Shown: positions 38,231 through 50,415 of the stretch, one piece after another | Layout: every line of letters begins with the position of its first letter | Numbering within the stretch: the stretch's first letter is position 1 | Assembly: GCF_006345805.1 (NCBI RefSeq) | Contig: NC_043000.1 | Location: forward strand, 45,694,001-45,758,000 | Source of the DNA: Octopus sinensis | Lineage: Eukaryota | DNA length: 64,000 bases | Reading direction: 5' to 3' | Position numbers and translations under genes: made by a program | The notes under the pieces: model-generated | The model's database searches: none | Told to the model about the DNA's origin: nothing | What the model saw: only the letters and a program-made list of their open reading frames with translations

Positions 38231-40697
38231 GCAGACAGAGAGGGGGAGAGAGAGCGACTGTGCAACTTGTAACACAATAACAAAAGCAACAGGTAGTTTG
38301 GCAGATCAGAGAGAAAAAAATCGACCAAATTTTGTATCAAGAATCATTTTTTAACAGTTGAAATCTGTAAAGAATATATCTCTCTACAAAAAAAAAATTG
38401 TAATTGAAATGATGAAAGTAAAAAACTGGCTGTTAGATAGATCAGATATATTGTGTAAAAGAGGAGATTGTGTAAGACTAAACTTGTAATACATATATAC
38501 GATTAAAGATGGGTAAACATGTAGCAAGAGACCTAAGTAGAAGTAACTTCTGGAAGAGGCAAGCCAATGAAAACATGAAAACATGAAAACAAAATAAATG
38601 GTAAAAGTGAATTTCAGAAAGCTAAACTTCTCAAGGGATATGATAAAGGACCAACCACAGCAAATGGACAGATATTGTGGTGGAGAAAATCTGTCCAACC
38701 AATGAAAGCATGGAAAAATGGACATAAAATATTAATGGTTATTTTACTTCATTTAACCAGACATACCAAAATAATCATATTTAGATATTCTTCATGTGCT
38801 AGAATAATTTCCAACAGCTTTAATATAAGAAAATTAACCATTTCAACTGACCCCGTTCTATACCCGTTAGAAATCTGAAATTTTACCAGTTTCCATCTAA
38901 CATATCAAGTTTCTTCAGAATTAATCACTTTCTCTCACCAAAATATGCTACAGAATCATTTAAGAGATTCTACATATTTTACAGTAAAAACTGTTTAGAT
39001 TCTTTAATATGTGAAATTTGGAGGCTCCCTTGATAATTGTAGCTGTATACGATTTTACAGCAAACTATCTCATGTAATTGTATGAAATAAATTGTAGTGT
39101 GTCCTACAAGATATTGTGTGAAAATATAGTTTATTTATTATGAAATAATTCATGAATATTGTAAAAGCCAAACTCATGTATTACATTGTTTATGTGATAT
39201 TTTATTTACTAGATGGATCTCATTGTTGCCTTTATAATACCATCATGGTATATCTTTTGTGTGATAATCCTAATGTTTAGTCTACAAAAGCTTAGCGACA
39301 TCAGCAGTCTGTCATTAAATATCTCGCCACTCATATTCATCTAAACCTTACAGCAATTGCTGGAATTGAAGACATTTTGAATTTGTGGCATGTTAGCATG
39401 CAGTATGTCTTTGTATTGAATTGAATAATGCATCAAACATCATGAAATAAAACTGACATTTATACATTTGTGGCAATTGCTGCTTATGAATAGAAAGTGG
39501 AATATTTTGGTATTTGTCAAGTAGTAATTTATTCAATTCTTCCACACATGCGTGCACACACACACACACACACAAATATGCATGTGTACATACATTCTGT
39601 CACATACATACATATATATATATATATACATATAATTTCTATAAACGATGAATAAGATATCTGTATAAATGTATATTTGTTGAGGCTTATATGATTCTCT
39701 TTAAAAGAATAGAATGGTTTTTATATGCCATGGACAATAATTATATAGTTATGGCATAATGTGGTAATATGTTAGTTTCATGACGTTAAGAGTATTATTA
39801 ATTGTATATATACACACATTTACATACCTTGATGTATGTTTTCGTGTATACGCAAACATATGATTATAAGAGAGGAAAAGAAATCACTGAAACATTGAAC
39901 AGTTTTACGAGTTACAGAACAAACAGACTTCGATAATGTGAGGTACAGGATTTTTAAATATTACATTATTTGCTTGCAAGCATAGAAATAGTGCAGACAA
40001 AGCTTATGATAATTTATAATAGATTTCTTACTCAGACTACCAGTTAGAGATGGAATATAGACAACAGTACATTACTGGTATTTAACGTATCAACGAGGAG
40101 CAATGTAGGTAAATTTGACTTTATTGGGATTTGATCGTGGAACAGGGAGTGATCACTCTAAATGTTGTAATAAGAGTGATTCTGGACCTCCCCTGCCTTT
40201 CACATTGCAAAAATATTGAGAACAGACACAGTTGATGAACTCTAAAACAACAATGGGTAGGTACATTGTTATACTTATAAATAAAAACAGTTCTTATTCT
40301 ATCTTATGTGACGCAAGGGCACTAAAACGGAAATGTTACAAACTCAAAATGCAGTGTGAGGATGTTATGCTGTGTGATCATAAAATTACAATTGCATAGA
40401 AATATAGTATATATCTCCAATTAATTAATATCCACATGAGGTATTTCATGATATTCTGTATAGATTTCTGTTGTGCTCAATACAAAACAAATGCTTTCAT
40501 CCCCCTAATAATCTACAGATGGAACTTGGAGGTACATTCATCTTACCCGGTTTTTCTTAAACTTATCAGAGAACACCACTTTTCTTCACCACTCTCTTGT
40601 GCCTAATGTGGTAGTGAAAGAGTGAAAGAAGGCAAAGATGGTTTAGTTGGAAAGGAAAACATCAGACTCCAAGCATTTAACCCTCGTTCACCATACC

Positions 40698-40917
40698 TAT
40701 TTCTTTATCACCCACAAGGGGTTAAACATAGAGGGGACAAACAAGGACAGACATAGGTATTAAGTCGATTACATCGACCTCAGTGCGTAACTGGTACTTA
40801 ATTTATCGACCCCGAAAGGATGAAAGGCAAAGTTGACCTCAGCGGAATTTGAACTCAGAACATAGCAGCAAACGAAATACCGCTAAGCATTTCGCCCTGC
40901 GTGCTAACAATTCTGCC
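40698..40917 (-). mobile_element. Young SINE with perfect 18-bp target-site duplication
   Basis: ACCCTCGTTCACCATACC at 40680-40697 and 40918-40935. Confidence 0.95.
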
Positions 40918-41552
40918 ACCCTCGTTCACCATACCACCTCTTCTACCAGAGCATGAAAACAATTATAATGATAGTAAAAAATGATTACCAGTTAATTAAC
41001 TTAAATACTTTAGAAACATTTAACAAGTAGGCAGGTTTTAAATATTTTTCTGGGTGTATATATTTAGGTAAGACAGATATAAGGTTGCAGATTATGTCGG
41101 TTATTTTTGTTACATAAAACTGATCTGCTAAGAAATTTATGTGAATGGATCTATCTAAGTGGAAAAGAGATGAAGTCTGCTGGAAAGCTGATGCTTCTCT
41201 TTAAACTATTTTTGTTTTGATTTTGTTGAATATCTATTTCTTATCAACAGAGGAGGGTTTCTCATATTAACTATTATGATGACAACAATGCAATGAATGG
41301 AGAATGTCTGGCAACAAGTTTTTATATAAGATGTGGGACAAGTTTCTTCATCATTTCTAAAACAATAGAATTAAAAACAAGTGGTACCACTTTCATTAAA
41401 AATAGATTGATGATAGAAGGATAGCAGCTTAAACCTATGCATCAGTGCAAATGAATAAAAAATTATAAAACCTGCAATAAAGAAAGAATCATTAGAAAAA
41501 TAAAATTACCGCCTTTATCAATTTTATTATACATATGAACGTTGCTAATCTG

Positions 41553-41716
41553 CAGGCATAGCTGTATAACAAGTGTGATTCCCAGCACTGTGGTTCCATA
41601 TTTAGTCGCACTGCATGGCATCTAGTGAAGCTCTCTTCTGCTATAGCCACAGGAATGACCATCAATTACCTTGTGAGTAGATTTGGTAGACAAAAACTGA
41701 AAGAAGCCTGTCATAT
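41553..41716 (+). mobile_element. Degenerate SINE head (46985 family)
   Basis: Aligns to 46985-47140. Confidence 0.6.
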
Positions 41717-41783
41717 AAGTATATTGTTTGATCGCTAAATACACAAGTTTTTTTATTCTCTCCCTTTTTATTTCCTCATATTC

Positions 41784-41819
41784 CTTTCTGTTGAAGAGTG
41801 TAGGCTCGAAAAGTAAAAG
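41784..41819 (+). ncRNA. Minimal type I hammerhead motif, mutated, in a PLE-like terminus (about 41735-41910)
   Basis: CUUU-CUGUUGA-A-GAGU-guag-GCUC-GAAAA-GUA-AAAG; A6U and C15.2A changes. Confidence 0.55.
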
Positions 41820-41916
41820 ACTTTCTCACTTTCTCGAGCATCAAACTAATACACCTGCCTGTTGTTCATACACCTGTCTTTGTCTTTTGTTTTTCTGTAA
41901 ATTTCAAATATAAATA

Positions 41917-41978
<62 letters not shown>

Positions 41979-43339
41979 GTGTGTGTATATATGTGTGTGT
42001 GTATGTGTGTGTGTGTGTTTGTGTGTGTATTTAAATATCAAATAATGAGAATGAGTGCTCAACACTGCATTGATGGATTAGTCAACACCCCATCGAATAC
42101 ATATATATATATATATACACTAGCTGAATTACCCAATAATACCCAGAAAAGCAGGATTATTTCCAGGTCCCATTCCCATTACACTGTTTCATGTCTTATC
42201 CTGTTCTCTGTTCCGTTCCTGTTTTAGTTCTGCTTCCATTTCTATCCCCAATCCTATGTCAATATATAAATTTTAGAATCAGTTAGGTCTAATTAAGTCA
42301 TTTAATATTGTATTAACCTTTATGTTGATAGTTTATTGGTAAAATTAGGTATTACAAAGTATTAATACGATTAGTGGATGAATAAGGAATGTCCCTATGT
42401 CATTTTAAGAAATGAATATGCATCTGAGTAAAATAAATTAGATAAATAGATAGATTTACAAATTTATTGACAAATAATCCACGTATTGTAGCTGGATTTG
42501 TCACGTGCCATATCTCATCGTAGCTGATTTGTAAACATGTGCTACAGCCCCACTCCCTAGGGGGTCCATTACAGATTTTTATTGAAATCCAATTCACCTA
42601 TAGTTCAGCTAGATGTTAGGAGCAAATAAATAACAAAATCGGATTTAACGTGGAAAATTATTTCCATATACCAAATTTGAACATTTCGACGTAATTTTTA
42701 AATCTCACAATATGTGACAGCAACAGGGAAGACACAACAAAAGTAGAGAGACAGACAGTTATAGGACGTGACACACACACACACAAATTTAGAAACTACA
42801 CACAGGTAATCACGAGTTTAAAATAGTGTATAGTAAACATATGTATGTACATTTGTATGAATGTTTATATGTATGTATATGTGTGTGTGTCTCTGTGTGA
42901 GTATTTATTTGTGATAGACAGCAGAAAAACCACCTACCCTCTCTCTCCTTAAAGCTATGTATTCTTCACACTCACCTTTCTGTGTGTGTGTGTGTGTGTG
43001 TGTTGTATCTATGTATTTACAAAACTATGCATGAAGTGTCATATGTATATGACAGCTTTATTAACATTTCCATCCCAATATTACCACTGTTCTCACCTTT
43101 GCTGATATAAGTCACTCCCTCTCTGTTACTACCTCAGATATATACTTTTTGTAACCTTCTCATTTTATTATATAATTCTCCGAATGGCCCTGGGGGCACA
43201 TTATAAAATTTCATTGAAATCCATTTAGCCTAATATTGAACTGGATGTTAGTGTCACTTGTATGCAAAGTTTTGTGAATATTAGTGGTTTAGGCACTAAG
43301 TTGGTAACAGACAGACAGAGTGACAGAACTTGCCATTTA

Positions 43340-43375
<36 letters not shown>

Positions 43376-43837
43376 TGTATGTATGTATGTATGTATGTAT
43401 GTATGTATATATGTATGCATGTATGCATGTATGTATGGATGTATGTATGTATGTATGTGTGTATGAATGTATGTATTTATGCATGTATGTATGTATGTAT
43501 GTATATTTGTATGTTTCTAAGCATACATGTGTGTATATATGTTTGTTTGTTACCACCACCACTTGACGACTGGTTTTGTTTTGTTTACAACCTTGTAACT
43601 TAGAGGTTCAGCAAAAGGGGAGTATAGGATAAATATCAGGCTTAAAAAAATTAGTACCGGAGATGATTGATTTGTTCAATTAAACCTTTCACTGTAATGT
43701 TCCAGCAGTTCAATGACCGAAATAAGTAAAAAATAAAAGGTAAAAAATTAATTGAAAATGATATATATTCTTTCGAAATATTTTCTGAAGAATTAAACCA
43801 GCAATGAATAATGAAAATAATAATAATTGCACAAATC

Positions 43838-44029
43838 CAGCTATTTCAGGGGCTGGTGTAAGTCAATTACGTTGACCCCAGTGCTCAACTGGTGATTGTT
43901 TTATCGACTCTGAAAGGATGAAAGGCAAAGTCAACCCCAGCATCATCTAAACTCAGAATGTAAGGACAGATTTATTGCCACAAGGCATTTTATTTGACAT
44001 ATTAACGATTCTGCTGGGTCAATGCCTTA
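43838..44029 (-). mobile_element. Degenerate SINE (45448 family)
   Basis: Core CGACTCTGAAAGGATGAAAGGCAAAGTC is recognisable. Confidence 0.75.
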
Positions 44030-44032
44030 ATG

Positions 44033-44126
<94 letters not shown>

Positions 44127-44184
44127 CAACAACAATAATAATAATAATATAATAATAATAACAACAACAATAATAATGATGATG

Positions 44185-44218
<34 letters not shown>

Positions 44219-44374
44219 TTTCATTTATTTGCCAAAAGGGCTAAGAATGAGGGGGACTATACAAAGACAAACATAAAATGTGGAGGTTTACATATAAAGA
44301 TGTCTTCTACTATAGCCATGTGCTGACCAAAGCCTTGAATGTGGATTTGGTAGACAAAAACTAAAAGAAGCCCG

Positions 44375-44410
<36 letters not shown>

Positions 44411-44438
44411 TCATCATTATCATGATCATCATCACCAT

Positions 44439-45082
44439 CGTTTAACGTCCGCTATCCATGCTAGCATGGGTTGGACGATTTAACTGAGGTCTGGCGAACC
44501 AGATGGCTGCACCAGACTTCAATCTGATCTGGCAGAGTTTCTACAGCTGGATGCCCTTCCAAATGCCAACCACTCCGAGAGTGTAGTGGGTGCTTTTACG
44601 TGCCACCAGCACAAGTGCCAGTAAGATGATGCAGGTAATGATCACGCTCAAATGGTGTTTTTACATGCCATCAGCATGGAGGCCAGCTTGTTGATCAAGC
44701 AACGATCTCACTCGTATGGTACTCTTAGCACTCCACTAGCATGGATGCCAGTCCTCGAATTTGATTTCGATTTCGATTTCACTTGCCTCAACAGGTCTTT
44801 GCAAGCAGAGTTTAGTGTCCAATGAAGCAAAGGTATGCATAAGTGGACTGGTTACACCCCTGGCATAGGCCATAAGGTTATGGTCTCACTTGTGCTTGCT
44901 GAGTCTTCTGAAGCACAGCATATTTCCAAAGGTCTCAGTCACTAGTCATTGCCTCGGTGAGGCCCAATGTTCGAAGGTCATGCTTCAACACCTCATCCCA
45001 GGTCTTCCTAGGTCTACCACTCCCACAGGCTCCCTCAACTGCTAGGGTGTGGCACTTTTTCACACAGCTATCCACATCCATT
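44439..45082 (-). mobile_element. 5'-truncated RTE-clade LINE 3' end with 3' UTR and (GAT)n tail
   Basis: MDVDSCVKKCHTLAVEGACGSGRPRKTWDEVLKHDLRTLGLTEAMTSD..., then 3' UTR. Confidence 0.88.
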
Positions 45083-45394
45083 TCCATTCTTATATATATC
45101 TATATGTATGTATAGCATTTTATATTAATTTTGTTTGTTTGTATGTATGTACATGTGTGTGTATGTATATATATATAACTTATAATATATATATATACAT
45201 ACATACAATCAAATAGACATGCATGCATAGTTATACACATATATATATGGATATTTCAGTGAATGCAATTGAAGTAACATTAACTCAAAATTACTATATA
45301 TATATATACAACACTGAAATGCATGATACTGCAGTTTTCATCTGAAGCAATATAAGCATTAGAGTGAGGCAAATATCATTGGAGTAGTAACTTA

Positions 45395-45443
45395 CAAGAC
45401 TGACAAATATGTTTCAGCCTACATGGGACTTGTCTAGGTCATA
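45395..45443 (-). ncRNA. Decayed hammerhead motif with U3...A8 core, adjoining a SINE insertion site
   Basis: UAUGACC-UAGACAA-GUCC-caugua-GGCU-GAAAC-auauuu-GUC-AGUCUUG. Confidence 0.4.
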
Positions 45444-45447
45444 TGCC

Positions 45448-45679
45448 TATTTCTTTATTACCCACAAGAGGCTAAACACAGAGGGGACAAACAAGGACAG
45501 ACATAGGTATTAAGTCGATTACATCGACCCCAGTGCGTAACTGGTACTTAATTTATCGACCCCGAAAGGATGAAAGGCAAAGTCGACCTCGGCGGAATTT
45601 GAACTCAGAATGTAGCGGCAGACGAAATACCGCTAAGCATTTCGCCCAGCGTGCTAACGTTTCTGCCAGCTTGCCGCCT
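45448..45679 (-). mobile_element. Full-length young tRNA-derived SINE with 13-bp degenerate TSD
   Basis: CpG-rich copy; TAGGTCATATGCC (45435-45447) and TAGGCCATATACC (45680-45692). Confidence 0.93.
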
Positions 45680-46516
45680 TAGGCCATATACCAATTTGTC
45701 ACATGCTTAGACAGAATTCATGCTTGCTTCAAACATGAATTTCTTCATATATGTTAAAGACGGAGAGGCTCATATGCTACTTTATTTTTCTGCTATTTTG
45801 TGTAGTCTAAGTAATCTAAGAATATTGTATATCACAAAGTGCTCCTACAGACATTGTTCAAATAACCAATCAAAAATAATTCATCTGCAGTTATTGTGTA
45901 CATTTGTGCAAAATCCTTGGAAAAAAAAAAATAAAACATACATTCCCAGATAATTTTAAAAGAAATATAAGAGAGAAAGTAATCCAAGTCATCATCATTA
46001 TTATTGTTGTGGTTGTTGCTGATTATGCTGTTGTTGTTTTGTTTCTTGCACAATTTTATGAAAAATCAACAAGATATATATTTTCTGGATGGTTCACATG
46101 CAACATTTTTTCTAAATGACTCACCATCATTCCTGAATGGAGTGAAGACTGATTGTTAACATCTTTTTAAAGCAATTTATCCAAGATATAGTTAACCTAT
46201 ATGATAGTGTTTATTTTAGATATTAATAAAGTTGGGGCAAGTCTGGATACTACAAGTAGTTATTAACTATTTGAAATTGACTGAGAGCAGCTGTTTTTAT
46301 GTGGAAAACAGACATCTCTCTTGGAAAAGTTTAGTACACGTGTGTGTAAGTGCGTGTGTGCGTGTGTGCATTTGTGCATGTGAATGTGAGTATGCGTGTG
46401 TGTGTATCTGTATATATATATATATATATATATATACATACATACTTGCATACATACATACATACATAAATACATATATATATATACTCAAAATAAGCAA
46501 CAAAAATGACTGTGGT

Positions 46517-46577
46517 AATTTGGTACGATCGTTTCGTACTACATCATTTTAAAATGCTGAGCACTCATCAGCTAATT
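46517..46577 (-). ncRNA. Type I hammerhead ribozyme, intact core
   Basis: AAUUAG-CUGAUGA-GUGCU-(near-palindromic 18 nt plus U)-AGUAC-GAAAC-GAUC-GUA-CCAAAUU. G10.1-C11.1 is present; palindromic ACGAUCGU; stem I is imperfect. Confidence 0.78.
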
Positions 46578-46984
46578 ATAGAGGTTTTCCATTAATACAA
46601 AAATTTTCATATCAAGTGGCAACATTATAGAGAAGGTAGATATATAGACAAAGATGTGGATTTAAATTTTAAGAACATTTGAGGTAGTGGAGCCCATCAA
46701 CTGACTGACTAAGATTCAGTTGTTCCAGACTAGGTTCTGAGAGGGAAGAACAAATGAAAGGGGGCAATAAAGATTTCTAATTATAGAAATAGGGTAAAGG
46801 GGATGTCATAGCTCCATATAAGGAATTTATGTAGAAAACAGTATTGTCACAACTAAATGCCAATTACTACTATTTGAATCTAAATTTTTGCTATATATTT
46901 AGTCCAATCCGTGCTAGCGCGGAAAACGGACGTTAAACGATGATGATGATGATGATGATGATATATATATATACACACATATCG

Positions 46985-47390
46985 GGAGTGGCTGTAGGGT
47001 AAGAAGCTTGCTTCCCAGCAGCATGGTTCCAGGATCAGTCCCATTGCATGGCACCTAGGGCAAGTGTCTTCTACTATAGCCTCAGGCCAACCAAAGCCTT
47101 GTGATTGGATTTGGTAGATGGAAACTGATAGAAGCCCATTGGATATATATATATGTATATATATGTATGTGTTTGTTGTATCTGTCTGTGTTTGTCCCCC
47201 CCCCCACCATTGCTTGGCAACCGATGTTGGAGTGTTTACATCCCAGACACTTAGCAGTTTGGCAAAATAGACTGATAGAATACATACTAGGCTTATAAAG
47301 AATAAGTCCTGGGGTCGATTTATTCGGCTAAAGGTGGTGCTCCAGCAAGGCCACAGTCAAATGACTGAAACGAGTAAAACAAGTAAAAGA
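46985..47390 (+). mobile_element. Full-length tRNA-derived SINE with internal (TA)n
   Basis: GGAGTGGCTG head, CORE-like GCACCTAGGGCAAGTGTCTT, and (AAGTAAAAG)-type tail. Confidence 0.9.
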
Positions 47391-47402
47391 ATATATATAT
47401 AT

Positions 47403-47620
47403 TGGCCTAGTGGTTAGGGCAGCAGACTCGCGGTCGCAGGATCGCGGTTTCGATTCTCAGACTGGGCGTTGTGTGTGTTTATTGAGCGAAAACACCTAAA
47501 AGCTCTACGAGGCTCCGGCAGGGGGTGGTGATCCCTGCTGTACTCTTTCACCACAATGGCGGTGCCCCAGCATGGCCACAGCTCAAGAGCTGAAACTGGA
47601 AAAACAAAAAAACAAAAACA
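47403..47620 (+). mobile_element. CpG-rich tRNA-like SINE head joined to the tail of the 46985 family
   Basis: Box A TGGCCTAGTGG (47403-47413) and box B GGTTTCGATTC (47446-47456); tail GGCGGTGCCCCAGCATGGCCACAG. Confidence 0.8.
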
Positions 47621-47631
47621 AAATATATATA

Positions 47632-48347
47632 CAGGGTATGTTGGGTAAATCGTCAACATTTAATAATATTAATTTTGCACATGTGCATTGATTGTTTTTG
47701 ATTTTATCAACTACATAGAATAGTAGGGACAGATGAGCACCATCTGTAATAAAAACAACACCATCACGCAATTCAATCTGCCAGTAATTTGGAAACAACA
47801 TACTGTACTGCTTGGCATTCATGCCAGAAGCTCCAGTATGAACATTTCTGAGTATCTTAAGACAGTGAAATCTGAGGACATGTACCAAAAGGGATAAAAT
47901 CAAACATAAAATCAACATCATGGTTTTTGGAGTGATCACTAGTGATGGCGACGTTATGCCTCCATTCATCTTCCCACGCAGCCTCACACTCAACACAGAG
48001 GTCTATATCAAGCGCCTGGAGGAGGTAGTGCTGCCTTGAGGCAAGAACATGGTTGAGTGAGAAACCAACAAAACTCCATATAAAACCAAAAATGAAATGA
48101 AGGCAAGTATTATGGCAGCATTCCCCAACTTAAACAAGTAGACTGTCCAGAACAAGTAGACTGCAGCAGTTTCCAAAGTCGCCTGAAGGCTGTGATTGAA
48201 GCCAATGGCGATTGTATTTAATAAATTTGCTCTTTAGTATTTCAAGATACGTTCATGCAATTTTCATAAATATATTTGTTAAAGTGAGATGTCAGTGTTA
48301 TTTTCATTTTTGCATAATTTAGACAGCAGTTTATTCCCGGCACCCTA
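47632..48347 (+). mobile_element. Internally deleted Tc1/mariner-superfamily transposon (maT/DD37D-like)
   Basis: TA-CAGGGT...ACCCTA-TA termini; IMVFGVITSDGDVMPPFIFP...EEVVLP and ETNKTP...RLKAVIEANGD. Confidence 0.82.
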
Positions 48348-48612
48348 TATGTGTGTGTGTATATATATATATATCTTAATAATAATAATAATAATATTAA
48401 TAATAATAATAATAATAACACGTGTCTCTATTCTACCAAATATATATGTTTTATTTATCATTTTGCACATTACTTAATCATTGTTATATGTTTTATCTTA
48501 TATTTAATCTTTCTATAATATGTAATTTTTCTAAATGGCATCATTTAAATTTTCATTATTGAATTGATAAAAGGTGTTTTTTTCTAATTTATATATATAT
48601 ATATATATATAT

Positions 48613-48780
48613 ACACGATGGGCTTCTTTCAGCCACTGTCTACTAAATTCACTCACAAGGCTATGGTCAGCCCAAGGCTATAGTAGAAGACACTTGCCCA
48701 AGGTGTCACACAGTGGGACTGAACCCAGAACCATGTTGTTGGGAAGGAAGCTACTTCCCACACAGCTACACTTATGCCTA
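48613..48780 (-). mobile_element. SINE head (46985 family)
   Basis: Collinear with 54240-54384. Confidence 0.8.
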
Positions 48781-49475
48781 AGTTATTATGCAAGTGCTAT
48801 ATATATATATACATACATGCATGTGTGTCTCTATATGAATATTTATATATGTAGTATTTAAAAACATACCTGTGGGGAATATGTGATTCACACAAGTAAT
48901 AATATAAAGATTTTTTTAAATACTGTTAAATATATTGTAAAAATTAAAAATTTCAAGGAAACCTTAAGGAAGGAAGTTATTGTGCAAGTATTATTTGCTG
49001 TTTTCAGCTTTTGAATTCTGCTATAAAGAAGTAATTGTTTTCAGTAGTGCTTTCTGCTTTTTTTTTTCTTTTGGTCTTTGTATTTTTCCCACAACTTTCA
49101 GCTTTATTTAGAGTTAGAGTTGAAATCATCATTATCATCATCATTGTTTAATGTCCCCTGTCCATGCTGGCATGGGTTGGACAGTTTGACTGAGAACTAG
49201 CTAGCTAGGAGGCTGTGCCCGGCTCCAATCTGATCTGGCACGTTTTCTACAGCTGGATGCCTTTCCTAAGGCCAACCACTCTGAGAGTGTAGGGGGTGCT
49301 TTTTATGTGCCACCGGCATGGGGGCCAGTCAGGCAGCACTGGCATCAACAATGCTCGAATGGTCCTTTTTACAGGCTGCTAGCATGGGAGCCAGTCAGGC
49401 AGTACAAACAGATGAAAGCAACTGTCAATTCTGAAAAGACTCTTAACATAGGTGAAAATCACTTTGTTTTATACA

Positions 49476-49513
<38 letters not shown>

Positions 49514-49607
49514 CATACATACATACATACATATATACATACATACATACATACATACATACATACGTACATACATACATACATACATACATACATACAT
49601 ACATACA

Positions 49608-49638
<31 letters not shown>

Positions 49639-50380
49639 GTCTCTGATCCTCTTACAGCAATACATTCGTAAATCTCTAGCTTCAGCTTGTCTATGGGACA
49701 GCAATTTGTCTAGCTTATGTTCCAGCTATTAGTGCAATTGTTTGCTAACCACTTTCTGATCTGGTGGTCACTATGGAAGCTAGGAGTAGATAAATGGCTG
49801 CTGAGATCCCACCAAGTACACAGGTGCTGCAACTGAAGTGAGAATTACCAACAAGTGAGTAATTAATTTAGTGTGTAGATGAGAATTCACAAGGGCTCAG
49901 TTCTCACTTCCCTCCCATGTATCATATTTCTCCTCACCATAATAGGAACTGATAACCATTATACAGAGTGTACTGGGTGTTTGGGTGTCTTTTTATATGG
50001 AGCTGGTACTGGTGATGTTACCTTGTAATTCACAGGCTAAAGTGTCTCATTAACTGGCAGTGGGATACAGGAGAGTGGGAGGAGGCACGTTTTTGCTAAG
50101 TATGAAAGAAGAAACAGGAATAGGTTATTTTGCTGCAGAGGAAATGAATGGCGATTTTACATTATGTAACAGTGGGTGAGAGAAAGTGGGATGGAGCTGG
50201 AAAGGAGGATAAAGTTTGTGGTGAGAAAAAGTCACTGAACCCTTAAGCTCTGTGTGTGTGCGTTTGTGTGTGTGCATGTGTGTGTGTGTAAACACTGGCA
50301 CACATGTATATACAAGAACACTAAATCATACACCTTATGTACACTCTCACAAATATAAAGAGACACATACATACACATGC

Positions 50381-50415
<35 letters not shown>

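Noticed and set aside
38579-38878. 100-codon open frame on the plus strand
   Set aside because: It overlaps a degenerate RTE-tail repeat (TGTCCAACCAATGAAAGCATGG) and has no splice signals.
47403-47470. tRNA gene
   Set aside because: Box A and box B are present, but no complete acceptor stem; it continues into SINE body. The same applies to the heads near 3525, 7438, 21254 and 59409.
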